This document shows, in pieces, positions 19,073 through 28,297 of a stretch of DNA of 64,000 nt (position 1 is its first letter; each line of letters begins with the position of its first letter). Origin of the DNA: Pseudomonadales bacterium. Lineage in GTDB: Bacteria > Pseudomonadota > Gammaproteobacteria > Pseudomonadales > CAWVSB01. The translations under genes and the position numbers were made by a program. The stretch spans positions 384,563 through 448,562 of the forward strand of contig JBALVY010000001.1 of the NCBI GenBank assembly GCA_036960375.1, written 5' to 3'. The notes beneath the pieces are model-generated. The model worked only from the letters and a program-made list of their open reading frames with translations. It was not told the origin of the DNA and made no database searches.

Positions 19073-19243
19073 ATGAATGAGCCTAAGGTCAGTCAGACTG
19101 CGAGTGAGCTGGAGCAAAGGATAGAAGTCATTGAGGCCTTAGGAGATGCGGAACTAGGCAGCTTTACCCGCTGGGATTGGTGGCTCTGTATCGTTGCTGC
19201 CGTAGTGATTCCGGCAATACTTCTGTGGAGCTTTGCCGAATGA
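19073..19243 (+). CDS. Small (56 aa) single-TM protein, translationally coupled to the NCS1 permease
   Basis: Below the 60-aa track cutoff. Translation: MNEPKVSQTASELEQRIEVIEALGDAELGSFTRWDWWLCIVAAVVIPAILLWSFAE*. Its TGA (19241-19243) overlaps the permease ATG (19240-19242) as ATGA. Confidence 0.4.
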   Translation: MNEPKVSQTASELEQRIEVIEALGDAELGSFTRWDWWLCIVAAVVIPAILLWSFAE

Positions 19244-20709
19244 GCGAGCAGATTAGTCATACACCTGCTGCTGCTGAGGAATCAGCAACATTCGGGCGAT
19301 TGCCATTACTGCCGTCTGAGCGAGTATACGGCACGATAGGAGCACATAACGCCAATTTTGCCTATGCCATCGCTACCTGGTGTTTTCTCACCGGCGGTTA
19401 CGCAGCGCACCTTGTTGGCGCGGTTCAGGGCATGGTTTGTCTTATTGCGGGCAACTTGATTGGCGTCTTTATCACAACGATGCCGCTGGCTCTGGGGGCC
19501 CAGAAATACGGCCTTGAGCAAATGGATGTCTGCGCCCCATCTTTTGGCACCAAAGGCATAAAAATCTTGCTGCTGTTTTACTTGATTAATATGTTGGGCT
19601 GGTCAGGGCTTATTTTGGTGATGTTCGGCAATGGTGTTGAAAATATTCTGGCTGCACTGGGTTTTACTCCCGGAGATTGGGTTGTTGGTGCTGGTGTTGC
19701 GCTGGGGCTTTTCCTCTCTTATCTCCTGGTTACTCGAGGAGTGCGTTGGCTCAATATAGCCACCACCATCATTACCCCCTGCCTGGCAGTGGTTATTGTT
19801 TTTATGTTTTACTTTTTGTTTAAGAATTATAGCTGGGAGCAAATTGCTGCGGCACCACCGCTGGATCCGTACCCCAACCCCCTAAAGAGCTATCTGGTCT
19901 GTGTCGAGTTGGGCATTGCCTCGGGTATTTCATGGTTTGGCGGTGTGGGTTTTCTGGCTCGCAATACTAAAACACGACGCAACGCAATTTACCCGGAAAT
20001 ACTGCAATTGGCCTTTATGATGTCAGTAGTGTGTTGTGTGGCGTTGTTTTCCGCCTTAGTGCTTAAATCCGATGACCCGACTGACTGGATGATACCTTTG
20101 GGCGGTGTCTATTGGGGCTTGCTCGCTTTGGTGTTTGTGGCATTGGCCAATATCACCTCGACCGGCGTTTCTCTTTTTGCTAGTGGTCTGGCAGTCAGGC
20201 ATCTCCAGCCGTTTAAAAAAATCGCCTGGAAAAGGCTGATGCTCGTTTTGATCATTCCTTGCACGCCTTTTATATTTTGGCCACAGGATCTCTACGACCT
20301 GGGAGATGCTTTTTTAGCATTTAATGGCACTATGTATGGTCCGATATGCGGCATTCTGTTTGCGGATTATATTTTTCTGCGAAAACAAAAGTACAATTTA
20401 TGGGCTATTTTTGAAGATCATGAAAGCGGCTCTTATTACTATACAAAAGGCGTCAACTGGATTGCCATCTCGTCCTTGTTGATTGGCCAGGCCGTCTATA
20501 TCTTTCTTTACAACCCGGGTACCGGGGAGACCCACGATTTATTTTTCTATATCAATCCCTCGATCGCAGCCACCCTTGTACCAGCCCTTGTATACTTTTT
20601 AGCGATGAAAGTATTTGGCACCTTCGAAAAATCGATAGCAGCGATGGATGAGAAAAGAGACGGACAAAGGCCTGCTGACGGCAAGAAATTAATCATTCCA
20701 AATGTATAA
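19240..20709 (+). CDS. NCS1 family (purine-cytosine/hydantoin-type) permease
   Basis: Track ORF 19177..20709. The ATG at 19240 (MSEQISHTP) is the more plausible start. The protein has 12 TM helices and looks CodB-like. Confidence 0.8.
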   Translation: MSEQISHTPAAAEESATFGRLPLLPSERVYGTIGAHNANFAYAIATWCFLTGGYAAHLVGAVQGMVCLIAGNLIGVFITTMPLALGAQKYGLEQMDVCAPSFGTKGIKILLLFYLINMLGWSGLILVMFGNGVENILAALGFTPGDWVVGAGVALGLFLSYLLVTRGVRWLNIATTIITPCLAVVIVFMFYFLFKNYSWEQIAAAPPLDPYPNPLKSYLVCVELGIASGISWFGGVGFLARNTKTRRNAIYPEILQLAFMMSVVCCVALFSALVLKSDDPTDWMIPLGGVYWGLLALVFVALANITSTGVSLFASGLAVRHLQPFKKIAWKRLMLVLIIPCTPFIFWPQDLYDLGDAFLAFNGTMYGPICGILFADYIFLRKQKYNLWAIFEDHESGSYYYTKGVNWIAISSLLIGQAVYIFLYNPGTGETHDLFFYINPSIAATLVPALVYFLAMKVFGTFEKSIAAMDEKRDGQRPADGKKLIIPNV

Positions 20710-20807
20710 GGTAACATGTCTCTGCGAAGTAGGGCGGCCGAAGCTGTTGGCTCTATATTGCAGTTTGTGGATAATGTTAAAAACTTGATGACTTATAAGG
20801 ACCCGCT

Positions 20808-21800
20808 ATGGCCGATGTAATGTATCGCTTCGATATGCGCCAACCCGAAATATCAACGGTTCCACGCGCCGATATGTATCAGGCCGCAATTGAAATGTGT
20901 GTATGGGGAGAGGCTAATGGCTTTCAGAGTGCGCACCTGTCGGAGCATCATGGCTCTGAGGATGGCTACTGCCCTTCGCCGCTGGTATTTGCCTCGGCTA
21001 TTGCAGCGCGTACCAGCGATATACGCATATTCATATCGGCCCTGATCGCACCTTTACATGACCCCGTGCAGCTAGTAGAAGACTTAACAGTTTTGGATAT
21101 TATCAGTCGTGGCAGGGTTATCCCTATCATCAGTGGCGGCTACCGGGAAGAGGAGTTCAATGCGGTTGGTAAGCCGCTGAGCGTGCGCAAGCAATATATG
21201 GACGATATTGGCCCCTTCCTGAAAACAGCCTGGAGTGGCGAAACCTTTGAGTATGACGGCCGTACCATTACTATTACGCCTGAGCCGTTCAGCCAGCCTC
21301 GTCCCATGATTCTAATGGGCGGCAGCAGTAAACCTGCGGCGCGCCGAGCAGCCCGAGATGCTGATTTTTTTATTCCCTCAGGCCCTGAAATATTCGAATA
21401 TTATCGTGATGAATTAAAAAAACTGGGCAAGCCTGATCCTGGCCCTATGCCGGCAGCGCCATCCACGGTCACCTTTGTATCAGAAGACCCTGATGCCTAC
21501 TGGCAGCAGATAGCGCCACACGTACAGCACGAAACCAATGTTTATGCCCGTTGGGCAGAGAAAGCTCAGGTTTTTAGTCCGTATAAACATTATGATCATA
21601 CCGATGATCTGCGCGCCAGCGGTGCTTACAAGGTCTATCGACCACAGGAGCTGATAGAAGAAGCCCGTAAAATGGTCGACTTGCAGCCGATACAGTTTCA
21701 CCCCTTATGCGGCGGCATTCACCCCGACTTAGCATGGCAGAGCCTGCATTTATTTGCGGATAAGGTGATGCCTGCGTTGCGGGAAGAAGGCTTGGCGTGA
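20808..21800 (+). CDS. LLM-class flavin-dependent oxidoreductase (luciferase-like)
   Basis: 330 aa. LSEHHGSEDGYCPSPLVF and GRVIPIISGGY match the luciferase-like monooxygenase fold pattern. Confidence 0.75.
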   Translation: MADVMYRFDMRQPEISTVPRADMYQAAIEMCVWGEANGFQSAHLSEHHGSEDGYCPSPLVFASAIAARTSDIRIFISALIAPLHDPVQLVEDLTVLDIISRGRVIPIISGGYREEEFNAVGKPLSVRKQYMDDIGPFLKTAWSGETFEYDGRTITITPEPFSQPRPMILMGGSSKPAARRAARDADFFIPSGPEIFEYYRDELKKLGKPDPGPMPAAPSTVTFVSEDPDAYWQQIAPHVQHETNVYARWAEKAQVFSPYKHYDHTDDLRASGAYKVYRPQELIEEARKMVDLQPIQFHPLCGGIHPDLAWQSLHLFADKVMPALREEGLA

Positions 21801-21883
21801 AGTGTGCTTTATATTCCGTGGCGAGGCTTAATAATTCGTACTATGATTTATAGCTTAGCCATAATTATGGGTGGTAGTGTCTG

Positions 21884-22789
21884 ATGTTGTCATTTTTACC
21901 AGCGTGGCTGCGCGGGTTTATTGCAGGATTTTTTCTCTTAATCAATACCCTGTTACTGGCGCCGCTATTAATCTGTGTATCTTTGTTGCGCTTTATTATT
22001 CCTGTGCAAGCGTGGCAGCGAGGCTGTACTGCCACCGCTATCGCGATTGCGGAGCTATGGATTAGTGTTAACTCCCTGTGGATGAAGTTGACCCAGAAAA
22101 TGCAGTGGGAAGTTGAAGGGATAGAACAGCTCGATAAGCAGCATTGGTACCTGGTAAGCTCTAATCACCAGTCCTACGCCGATATCTTTATTCTGCAGCA
22201 TCTACTGAATCGCAAAATACCGATGCTCAAGTTCTTTCTTAAGCAACAGCTCATTTGGGTTCCGGTGATCGGTCTTTGTTGGTGGGCGCTGGATTTCCCG
22301 TTTATGAAGCGCTATAGCAAAGAGTTTTTGGAAAAGAACCCCGACAAACGTGGCGAGGACTTCGAAAGCACGCGCCGTGCCTGCGAAAAATTCAAGCATA
22401 CGCCGGTTACTGTATTCAATTTTCTGGAAGGCACTCGCTTCACGCCGGCCAAGCAACAAGCTCAGCAGTCACCCTATAAATGGCTATTAAAACCCAAGGC
22501 CGGGGGCATCGCATTTGTGGTGGGTGCTATGGGTGACAGCCTTAACGCTTTACTGGATATTACAATCGTCTACCCGGGGCATAAACAACCTTCTTTTCAA
22601 GATTTTCTTTGTGGCCGGGTCAATAATATTCAGGTGCGGGTTGAGCAAAAGACTATCCCCTCTCAGTTTCTGAATAAAAACTATAACGAGGACGAGCAGT
22701 TTCGACTGGAGTTCCAGCAATGGGTAAGCCAATTATGGCAGGAAAAAGACGAGCTGATTACTCAGCTTCTTCCGCAGGACGGTGACTAA
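21884..22789 (+). CDS. Acyltransferase (PlsC/YihG-like lysophospholipid acyltransferase family)
   Basis: 301 aa with an N-terminal TM helix, the HX4D motif NHQSYAD, and FLEGTRF. Confidence 0.7.
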   Translation: MLSFLPAWLRGFIAGFFLLINTLLLAPLLICVSLLRFIIPVQAWQRGCTATAIAIAELWISVNSLWMKLTQKMQWEVEGIEQLDKQHWYLVSSNHQSYADIFILQHLLNRKIPMLKFFLKQQLIWVPVIGLCWWALDFPFMKRYSKEFLEKNPDKRGEDFESTRRACEKFKHTPVTVFNFLEGTRFTPAKQQAQQSPYKWLLKPKAGGIAFVVGAMGDSLNALLDITIVYPGHKQPSFQDFLCGRVNNIQVRVEQKTIPSQFLNKNYNEDEQFRLEFQQWVSQLWQEKDELITQLLPQDGD

Positions 22790-24512
22790 CAGCTACGGAT
22801 TTTTCGTAGACAGATACGCCATCCTTATAGGTCGCGACCACTTCAATTTTATCGAGCTTCTCAGCAGGGTAAGTAAGTGGATTCTCTGAGAGAATCACTA
22901 AATCCGCACGTTTGCCAACTTCAAGTGATCCTTTGCTATCTTCCTCAAAGTACTGGTAGGCCGCGTTAATGGTTATGGCCTTTAGCGCAGTCATTACATC
23001 GACACGTTGTTCGGGCCCCAGTACTTTTCCGCTTCGGGTAATGCGGTTGACGGCGGTCCATAGCAAGCGTGTCATGTTGGGGGGAACCACAGGTGTATCA
23101 TTGTGAATGGTAAAGGGAATGTTGCGCAGCTGCGTGCTTCGCAGTGGGCTGATGTTTGCGCCACGCTCTGGACCCAATACGGAGTCACGATGCCAGTCAC
23201 CCCAATAAAACGTATGGCTGACAAAGTATGAAGGAATCATGTCGAATTCTGCGGTACGGTCTATTTGATCTTCCCGCATGGTCTGTGCATGAATTAACAC
23301 GGTGCGACGATCCGCCTTACCTTGGTCTTTGCGGGCTTTATCGACGGCATTCAGTAATTGATCGATGGCGGCATCGCCATTGGTATGAGCTAGCACGGGC
23401 CAACCCTTGCGGTAGAATTTATTGAGCTCCTGCTCTAGCTCTTCATCTTGCATTGAGGGATAACCGGCATAATCTGCTGCTTTGCCAGCGGGCGGTATGT
23501 GATAGGGGTGACTGAGCCAGGCGGTTTTCCCCTGCGGTGATCCGTCGAGTACCAATTTAACACCACCGAGTTTCAGCCTGTTTTGGTAGCTACCTATTGG
23601 CCAGCCTGAGTTCATCACTTGTTCGGCATCGCGCCACACCGGGAAGGCCACAACATCAATTTTGAACAGGTCATTATTTGCGGCCGCCTGCATCAGAGGG
23701 AAGCCTATAGCGCTGGTAGCCCCGTCCTGTACGGTGGTTATACCATGTTGGATAAACCATTCTTGTGCCTGTAGCAGCAGCGGCATTTGTTTTGATGGGT
23801 CGGTTACCGCGGGTATGGCCATTAATGCGGCGTACATCGCGTGCTCTTCCATGACCCCATTGGGTTCGTTGCTGCCTTCGATGCGCTGGAATACGCCACC
23901 TGGCGGGTTGGCTGTATTTTCATCGACGCCAATCATCTGCAGACATTTAGTATTACAGACACCCAGGTGGGCCGACACATGCCAGATATAGACTGGGTTT
24001 TCTGTTGATACTTTATCCAGGTCCGCTTTAGTGGGATGACGCTGCTCAGCGAGTAAAGAGTCATCATAGGAGCGGCCCAGTATCCACTCGCCGGGTGCAA
24101 TTGAGGCGGCTGACTTGGTCAGCTCCGATAGTAGATCATCTATATTATTGACCGGTCCGACCGGCGGCGAGGCCACATTGGCAAAAGCCAGATTCATGGC
24201 TGCCAAAGCCAGGTGGCCGTGTGCATCAATAAAGCCAGGCAATAGTGTTTTACCTGCCAGGTCTACTTGTTGAGTTGTTGTGTTGGTGAGAAGCTGTAAG
24301 GCCTCGAGATCACCAGTGGCGATAATTTTGCCGTCTTTTGTGGCAAGTGCTTCGACCTGTGGCTGGGCATCATTAATGGTAATAATAGGGCCGTTAAAAA
24401 ACAGCTGGTCAGCTATGAGCTTGGCAGGAGCGGGTACCGGCACCGATACAGGCTCATCGTTAGAACACGCAGCCAAAAACGCACTGAGAAATAAAACCGC
24501 CAAAAAACGCAT
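22758..24512 (-). CDS. Amidohydrolase family lipoprotein (Amidohydro_3-type metal-dependent hydrolase)
   Basis: 584 aa with a lipobox (LAAC) and the HxH metal motif FIDAHGHL. Its 3' end overlaps the convergent acyltransferase by 32 nt. Confidence 0.8.
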   Translation of the reverse strand: MRFLAVLFLSAFLAACSNDEPVSVPVPAPAKLIADQLFFNGPIITINDAQPQVEALATKDGKIIATGDLEALQLLTNTTTQQVDLAGKTLLPGFIDAHGHLALAAMNLAFANVASPPVGPVNNIDDLLSELTKSAASIAPGEWILGRSYDDSLLAEQRHPTKADLDKVSTENPVYIWHVSAHLGVCNTKCLQMIGVDENTANPPGGVFQRIEGSNEPNGVMEEHAMYAALMAIPAVTDPSKQMPLLLQAQEWFIQHGITTVQDGATSAIGFPLMQAAANNDLFKIDVVAFPVWRDAEQVMNSGWPIGSYQNRLKLGGVKLVLDGSPQGKTAWLSHPYHIPPAGKAADYAGYPSMQDEELEQELNKFYRKGWPVLAHTNGDAAIDQLLNAVDKARKDQGKADRRTVLIHAQTMREDQIDRTAEFDMIPSYFVSHTFYWGDWHRDSVLGPERGANISPLRSTQLRNIPFTIHNDTPVVPPNMTRLLWTAVNRITRSGKVLGPEQRVDVMTALKAITINAAYQYFEEDSKGSLEVGKRADLVILSENPLTYPAEKLDKIEVVATYKDGVSVYEKSVAVSHRPAEEAE

Positions 24513-24514
24513 AT

Positions 24515-24552
24515 ATTCACCCTCTATTTGTAGCGTCAGAATAGAGGTGAAT
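24515..24552 (-). promoter_or_regulatory. Hairpin covering the Shine-Dalgarno of the amidohydrolase gene
   Basis: ATTCACCCTCTAT (24515-24527) pairs with ATAGAGGTGAAT (24541-24552) with one bulged C. On the minus strand the downstream arm contains GAGGG just before the ATG (complement of 24510-24512). Confidence 0.4.
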
Positions 24553-24587
24553 ATTGCGCAAGTCCAGTTACCAAATGTTTGACTAAG

Positions 24588-26888
24588 CTAGCGTTTGCGC
24601 GTGCTGGCGTTCAGTAGCGCCTGCCCCAGGCTACCCATGCTATTGGCGGGCTGCTGTTTTTTCTGATGTTTTTCCACCACCTTCTTCGAGGGGCGTGGCT
24701 GGCGTTCTTCACGCGGTTTGGCCTCATCAGCCATGCGCATACTTAAGGCGATACGGCGTCGATCCATGTCCACCTCAATGACTTTCACTCGTACCACGTC
24801 GCCTGCTTTAACCACGTCGCGCGGGTCTTTGATAAAGGTGTCGGCCAGTGCCGATATATGTACCAGCCCATCCTGGTGTACACCTACATCAACGAATGCG
24901 CCAAAATTGGTCACGTTGGTGACCGAACCTTCCAGGATCATACCGGGTTCAAGGTCCTTCATTTCTTCAACCCCATCGGTGAAGTCGGCAGTCTTAAACT
25001 CCCCTCGTGGGTCGCGGCCGGGCTTTTCCAGTTCACTGATGATGTCGGTGACGGTCGGTAAACCGAACTTTTCGTTGACAAAGGTGGCTGGTTTCAAGTT
25101 CTTAAGGAAACTCTTGTCGCCTAGAATAGCCTTCATCGAGCGCTCATTGGTGTTGGCTATAGTCTCAACCAGCTCGTAGGACTCCGGGTGTACAGCCGAG
25201 GTATCCAGAGGATTATCGCCATTCATCACACGTAAAAAACCTGCTGCCTGTTCGAAGGTTTTGTCACCCAGCCGAGGTACCGCTCGCAGAGCTTTTCGAT
25301 TGGCAAAGGCGCCGTGAGTGTCGCGGTGGTTGACAATATTTTCTGCTAATACGCGGTTGAGCCCGGATACACGAGTCAACAGCGGGGCTGAGGCGGTATT
25401 CACATCAACGCCCACACCGTTTACACAGTCTTCTACCACGCTATTCAGCTGTCGAGCCAAGGCTGTTTGGCTAACGTCGTGTTGATATTGACCTACACCA
25501 ATAGATTTGGGGTCGATTTTTACCAGTTCAGCCAAAGGGTCTTGCAGCCGGCGGGCGATGGAGACGGCGCCGCGAATAGTGACATCAAGATCCGGGAATT
25601 CTCGTGAGGCCAGTTCTGAGGCAGAGTAGACAGAGGCTCCTGCCTCGTTGACCATGACCTTCTTCAGACCCAGTTGAGGGAAGTCGTTGATCAGTTGTCC
25701 GACAAAGCGGTCGGTTTCGCGGGAGGCGGTTCCATTGCCAATCGCGACTAGCTCGGCGCCGTGTTTTTTGGCCAGGTGTGCCAGTGTTTGTATCGATTCT
25801 TCGATGCGGTTCTGCGGTGGAGTTGGAAATATCGCGCAGTGGTCCAATACTTTACCGGTCGCGTCTACCAGGGCGACCTTACAGCCGGTACGCAAGCCCG
25901 GGTCCAGCCCTATTGTGGCGCGGGGCCCGGCGGGCGCCGCCAGCAGCAGGTCTTTCAAATTGTTACTGAATACCTCTATGGCCTCGTTTTCGGCGCGTTC
26001 GCGCAACTGGCCAAGCAGATCTGTTTCAATATGGGTATAGAGTTTGATTCGCCAGGTCCAGCGCACCACTTCGCTTAACCACTTATCAGCGGGTCTGCCT
26101 TGATCGTTGATGTTCCAACGGCTGGCGATCATGCCTGCGCAGGGATGACTGGAGCTACTGTCTTCATCAGGCAGCTTGATGGAAAGACTTAATATGGCTT
26201 CTTTGCGTGCGCGAAACAGGGCCAGTGCGCGATGCGATGGCGCGGTCTTAATGGCTTCCGAATGCTCAAAGTAGTCACGAAACTTGGCTCCTTCGGTTTC
26301 TTTACCGGCAGATACTTGCGCAGTGATTAAGCCGTTTTGCCACAAATAGTCGCGCAGCCTGCCGAGTAATTCTGCGTCTTCGGCGAACCGCTCCATCAGG
26401 ATAAATCGGGCACCATCCAGCGCCGCTTTGTTGTCAGTAATACTGGCATCGGCGTTGAGATATTTGGCCGCCTCTAACTCGGGTTCCAGTGAGGGGTCGT
26501 TGTAGAGTGCGTCTGCTAACGGCTGCAGGCCCGCTTCGATGGCAATTTGGCCCTTGGTACGGCGTTTTTTCTTGTAGGGAAGATACAGATCTTCCAACCG
26601 CGTCTTGGTGTCAGCCAGTCGGATGTCTCTCTCGAGCTCCGGGGTGAGCTTATCTTGCTCGGCAATACTGGCCAGAATAGTGGCCCGCCGCTCTTCCAGC
26701 TCACGTAGATAGCGCAAGCGCTCTTCCAGCAGCCGCAATTGGATATCGTCCAGTCCGCCGGTAACTTCTTTTCGGTAGCGGGCAATAAACGGGACAGTGG
26801 CTCCTTCGTCTAGAAGGCCTATGGCAGCGTTTACTTGTTGGGTGGATGCGGCCAGTTCAGTCGCCAGAGTTTGTACAATAGGGGTCAT
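24588..26888 (-). CDS. tex: Tex-like transcription accessory protein (S1 RNA-binding domain)
   Basis: The track ORF extends to 27017. The start at [15 protein letters not shown] (complement of 26886-26888) avoids overlapping the TetR gene. YqgF/HhH regions and a C-terminal S1 domain ([16 protein letters not shown]) are present. Confidence 0.9.
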   Translation of the reverse strand: MTPIVQTLATELAASTQQVNAAIGLLDEGATVPFIARYRKEVTGGLDDIQLRLLEERLRYLRELEERRATILASIAEQDKLTPELERDIRLADTKTRLEDLYLPYKKKRRTKGQIAIEAGLQPLADALYNDPSLEPELEAAKYLNADASITDNKAALDGARFILMERFAEDAELLGRLRDYLWQNGLITAQVSAGKETEGAKFRDYFEHSEAIKTAPSHRALALFRARKEAILSLSIKLPDEDSSSSHPCAGMIASRWNINDQGRPADKWLSEVVRWTWRIKLYTHIETDLLGQLRERAENEAIEVFSNNLKDLLLAAPAGPRATIGLDPGLRTGCKVALVDATGKVLDHCAIFPTPPQNRIEESIQTLAHLAKKHGAELVAIGNGTASRETDRFVGQLINDFPQLGLKKVMVNEAGASVYSASELASREFPDLDVTIRGAVSIARRLQDPLAELVKIDPKSIGVGQYQHDVSQTALARQLNSVVEDCVNGVGVDVNTASAPLLTRVSGLNRVLAENIVNHRDTHGAFANRKALRAVPRLGDKTFEQAAGFLRVMNGDNPLDTSAVHPESYELVETIANTNERSMKAILGDKSFLKNLKPATFVNEKFGLPTVTDIISELEKPGRDPRGEFKTADFTDGVEEMKDLEPGMILEGSVTNVTNFGAFVDVGVHQDGLVHISALADTFIKDPRDVVKAGDVVRVKVIEVDMDRRRIALSMRMADEAKPREERQPRPSKKVVEKHQKKQQPANSMGSLGQALLNASTRKR

Positions 26889-26971
26889 GGAATAGTCGTG
26901 CTCATGATAGGACGAAGGAAACGAATTATGCCCAAGTTCGCAGGCTCTGGCGAGATTATCCGTATTTATTT

Positions 26972-27616
26972 TTAGCTGTTCAGTTGCGCCACGGCGGCTT
27001 CGTATAGTTCCCGGCATTGGCGGTAAATATAGTGATAGTCTTCAGTGAGATAAGGTGCGATGAGGTGGATAATCTGGAATACGCCGTCATGGAATAGTTG
27101 CATTTCCTGCTGCCCAGGAGACCTTAATTGGCGGTAGGTTATCCAGTAGGTCAGTGTCATGGTGATGTTATTGCACAGTTGGTCTATTTCGTCTGGGGCA
27201 ATATCCAGAACTTCATGTTCTATCAGTTCATTGACTACCGCGGCTGCCGTGCGTACCTTAAGATCGAGCAAGCGTTTGAAGCGTTTGTTGATGCTATCGT
27301 AGCGTTGCAGAATATCGCTGAGATTTTGGTAAAAGAAGCGGAAGCTATAAATCTGCTCAAACACCACATAAAGATAAAACCAGCTGTCTTCAACCGATAC
27401 GTTATTATCTAATGGCGCACGTAGAATGTCTGTCAGCTCTTCATCAAAGTTATGGTAAATCGCTTCAATGATCGCCTCTTTACCTTTGAAGTGGTAATAC
27501 AAATTGCCAGGGCTGATATCCATTTCATTAGCGATATCCACCGTAGTGACATTGGGCTCTCCTTCGTCATTAAAGAGAAGTAAGCTGGTGGCGAGAATGC
27601 GATCCCTGGTTTTCAT
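26972..27616 (-). CDS. TetR/AcrR family transcriptional regulator
   Basis: 214 aa with an N-terminal HTH: [26 protein letters not shown]. Confidence 0.85.
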   Translation of the reverse strand: MKTRDRILATSLLLFNDEGEPNVTTVDIANEMDISPGNLYYHFKGKEAIIEAIYHNFDEELTDILRAPLDNNVSVEDSWFYLYVVFEQIYSFRFFYQNLSDILQRYDSINKRFKRLLDLKVRTAAAVVNELIEHEVLDIAPDEIDQLCNNITMTLTYWITYRQLRSPGQQEMQLFHDGVFQIIHLIAPYLTEDYHYIYRQCRELYEAAVAQLNS

Positions 27617-27629
27617 CAGCGCGTACGGA

Positions 27630-28175
27630 TTACTTACGAGCTACTGTTTTACGACGAGGCGCAGTTTTGGCTTTAGTTTTCGGTTTGGCCTTGGTCTTGG
27701 CTTTAGCTTTGGGTTGTGACTTTACTTTGGCTTTGGCTTTAGGTTTGGTTTTTACATTAACGGCGGCCGCTAGTAATTCTACTTTCTCAGTCAAGGCATC
27801 AAGCTTGGCTTCCAGTCGCTCTATATCTGTCTCGGGAGAGCTAAAAAGCCGGGTTATATCCAGACTTTGCTTCATTTTTTCGATACGTTCTTCTATGTCC
27901 GCACGGGCATTTTTATGAATTTTATTGATACTGCTCTCCTCAATCTCTTCCGGCTTATTAGCCTCAAGCTTTTCACCTTTCTGTACCAGATCATGGAAAA
28001 GTTTTGGCGTGTCTTTGCTGGCCTTTTCCAGTCGAGATGCTGCTTCGTCGTAGGCCTTGCCGTAAGCGCCTAAGCCTGCAAGCCAAATATTTTTGGCGAT
28101 ATCACCGGCTTTGTCGGTTGGGCTGACTTTGCTGGTAGTAGTTTTGGACTTAGCTTTTGCTTTGGCCATAAGCAC
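27630..28175 (-). CDS. PHA granule-associated phasin, PhaF-like with histone H1-like Lys/Ala/Pro tail
   Basis: 181 aa. NIWLAGLGAYGKAYDEA is the PHA_gran_rgn signature. A coiled coil follows, then KPKAKAKVKSQPKAKAKTKAKPKTKAKT. Confidence 0.75.
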   Translation of the reverse strand: MLMAKAKAKSKTTTSKVSPTDKAGDIAKNIWLAGLGAYGKAYDEAASRLEKASKDTPKLFHDLVQKGEKLEANKPEEIEESSINKIHKNARADIEERIEKMKQSLDITRLFSSPETDIERLEAKLDALTEKVELLAAAVNVKTKPKAKAKVKSQPKAKAKTKAKPKTKAKTAPRRKTVARK

Positions 28176-28297
28176 CTCTGGTACGTGGTGGAGTTAGGTC
28201 TATTGTAGCGCCTTTACGCGGAAATGTGTCGCCTTGTAAAAACCCCCGGCTACAAGACTAATGACAAATCTAAGCCGCTTTCCCCTCCGGTATATAA

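Noticed and set aside
22758-22789. 32-nt overlap of the 3' ends of the convergent acyltransferase and amidohydrolase genes.
   Set aside because: Convergent tail overlaps of this size occur without special function, and the sequence shows no associated structure. Recorded only as a coordinate note.
24718-26078. Several plus-strand ORFs of 60-150 aa inside tex (24718..25179, 25687..26040, 25761..26078 and others). Similar antisense ORFs lie inside the RND pumps, sulP (36605..36985, 37490..37816) and the WS/DGAT-like gene.
   Set aside because: All lie wholly within long, well-supported genes on the opposite strand. Their composition is Arg/Ala/Ser/Pro-rich, as expected of shadow frames in GC-rich coding DNA. 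None has a recognisable ribosome-binding site.
26889-27017. N-terminal extensions offered by the ORF track: tex to 27017, cmoA to 40399, rhlE from 17493, NCS1 permease from 19177, FimX-like to 51885, ThuA-like from 685.
   Set aside because: The extensions overlap neighbouring genes or the YCII-like remnant and have no family-typical sequence. Internal ATGs give canonical N-termini and sensible intergenic spacing.
27640-27760. Tandem-looking GGCTTT/GGTTTT repeats, and the plus-strand ORFs 27504..27719 and 27667..27918.
   Set aside because: This is the reverse strand of the (K-A-K-P)n tail of the PhaF-like phasin. It is low-complexity coding sequence, not a CRISPR array, VNTR or separate gene.
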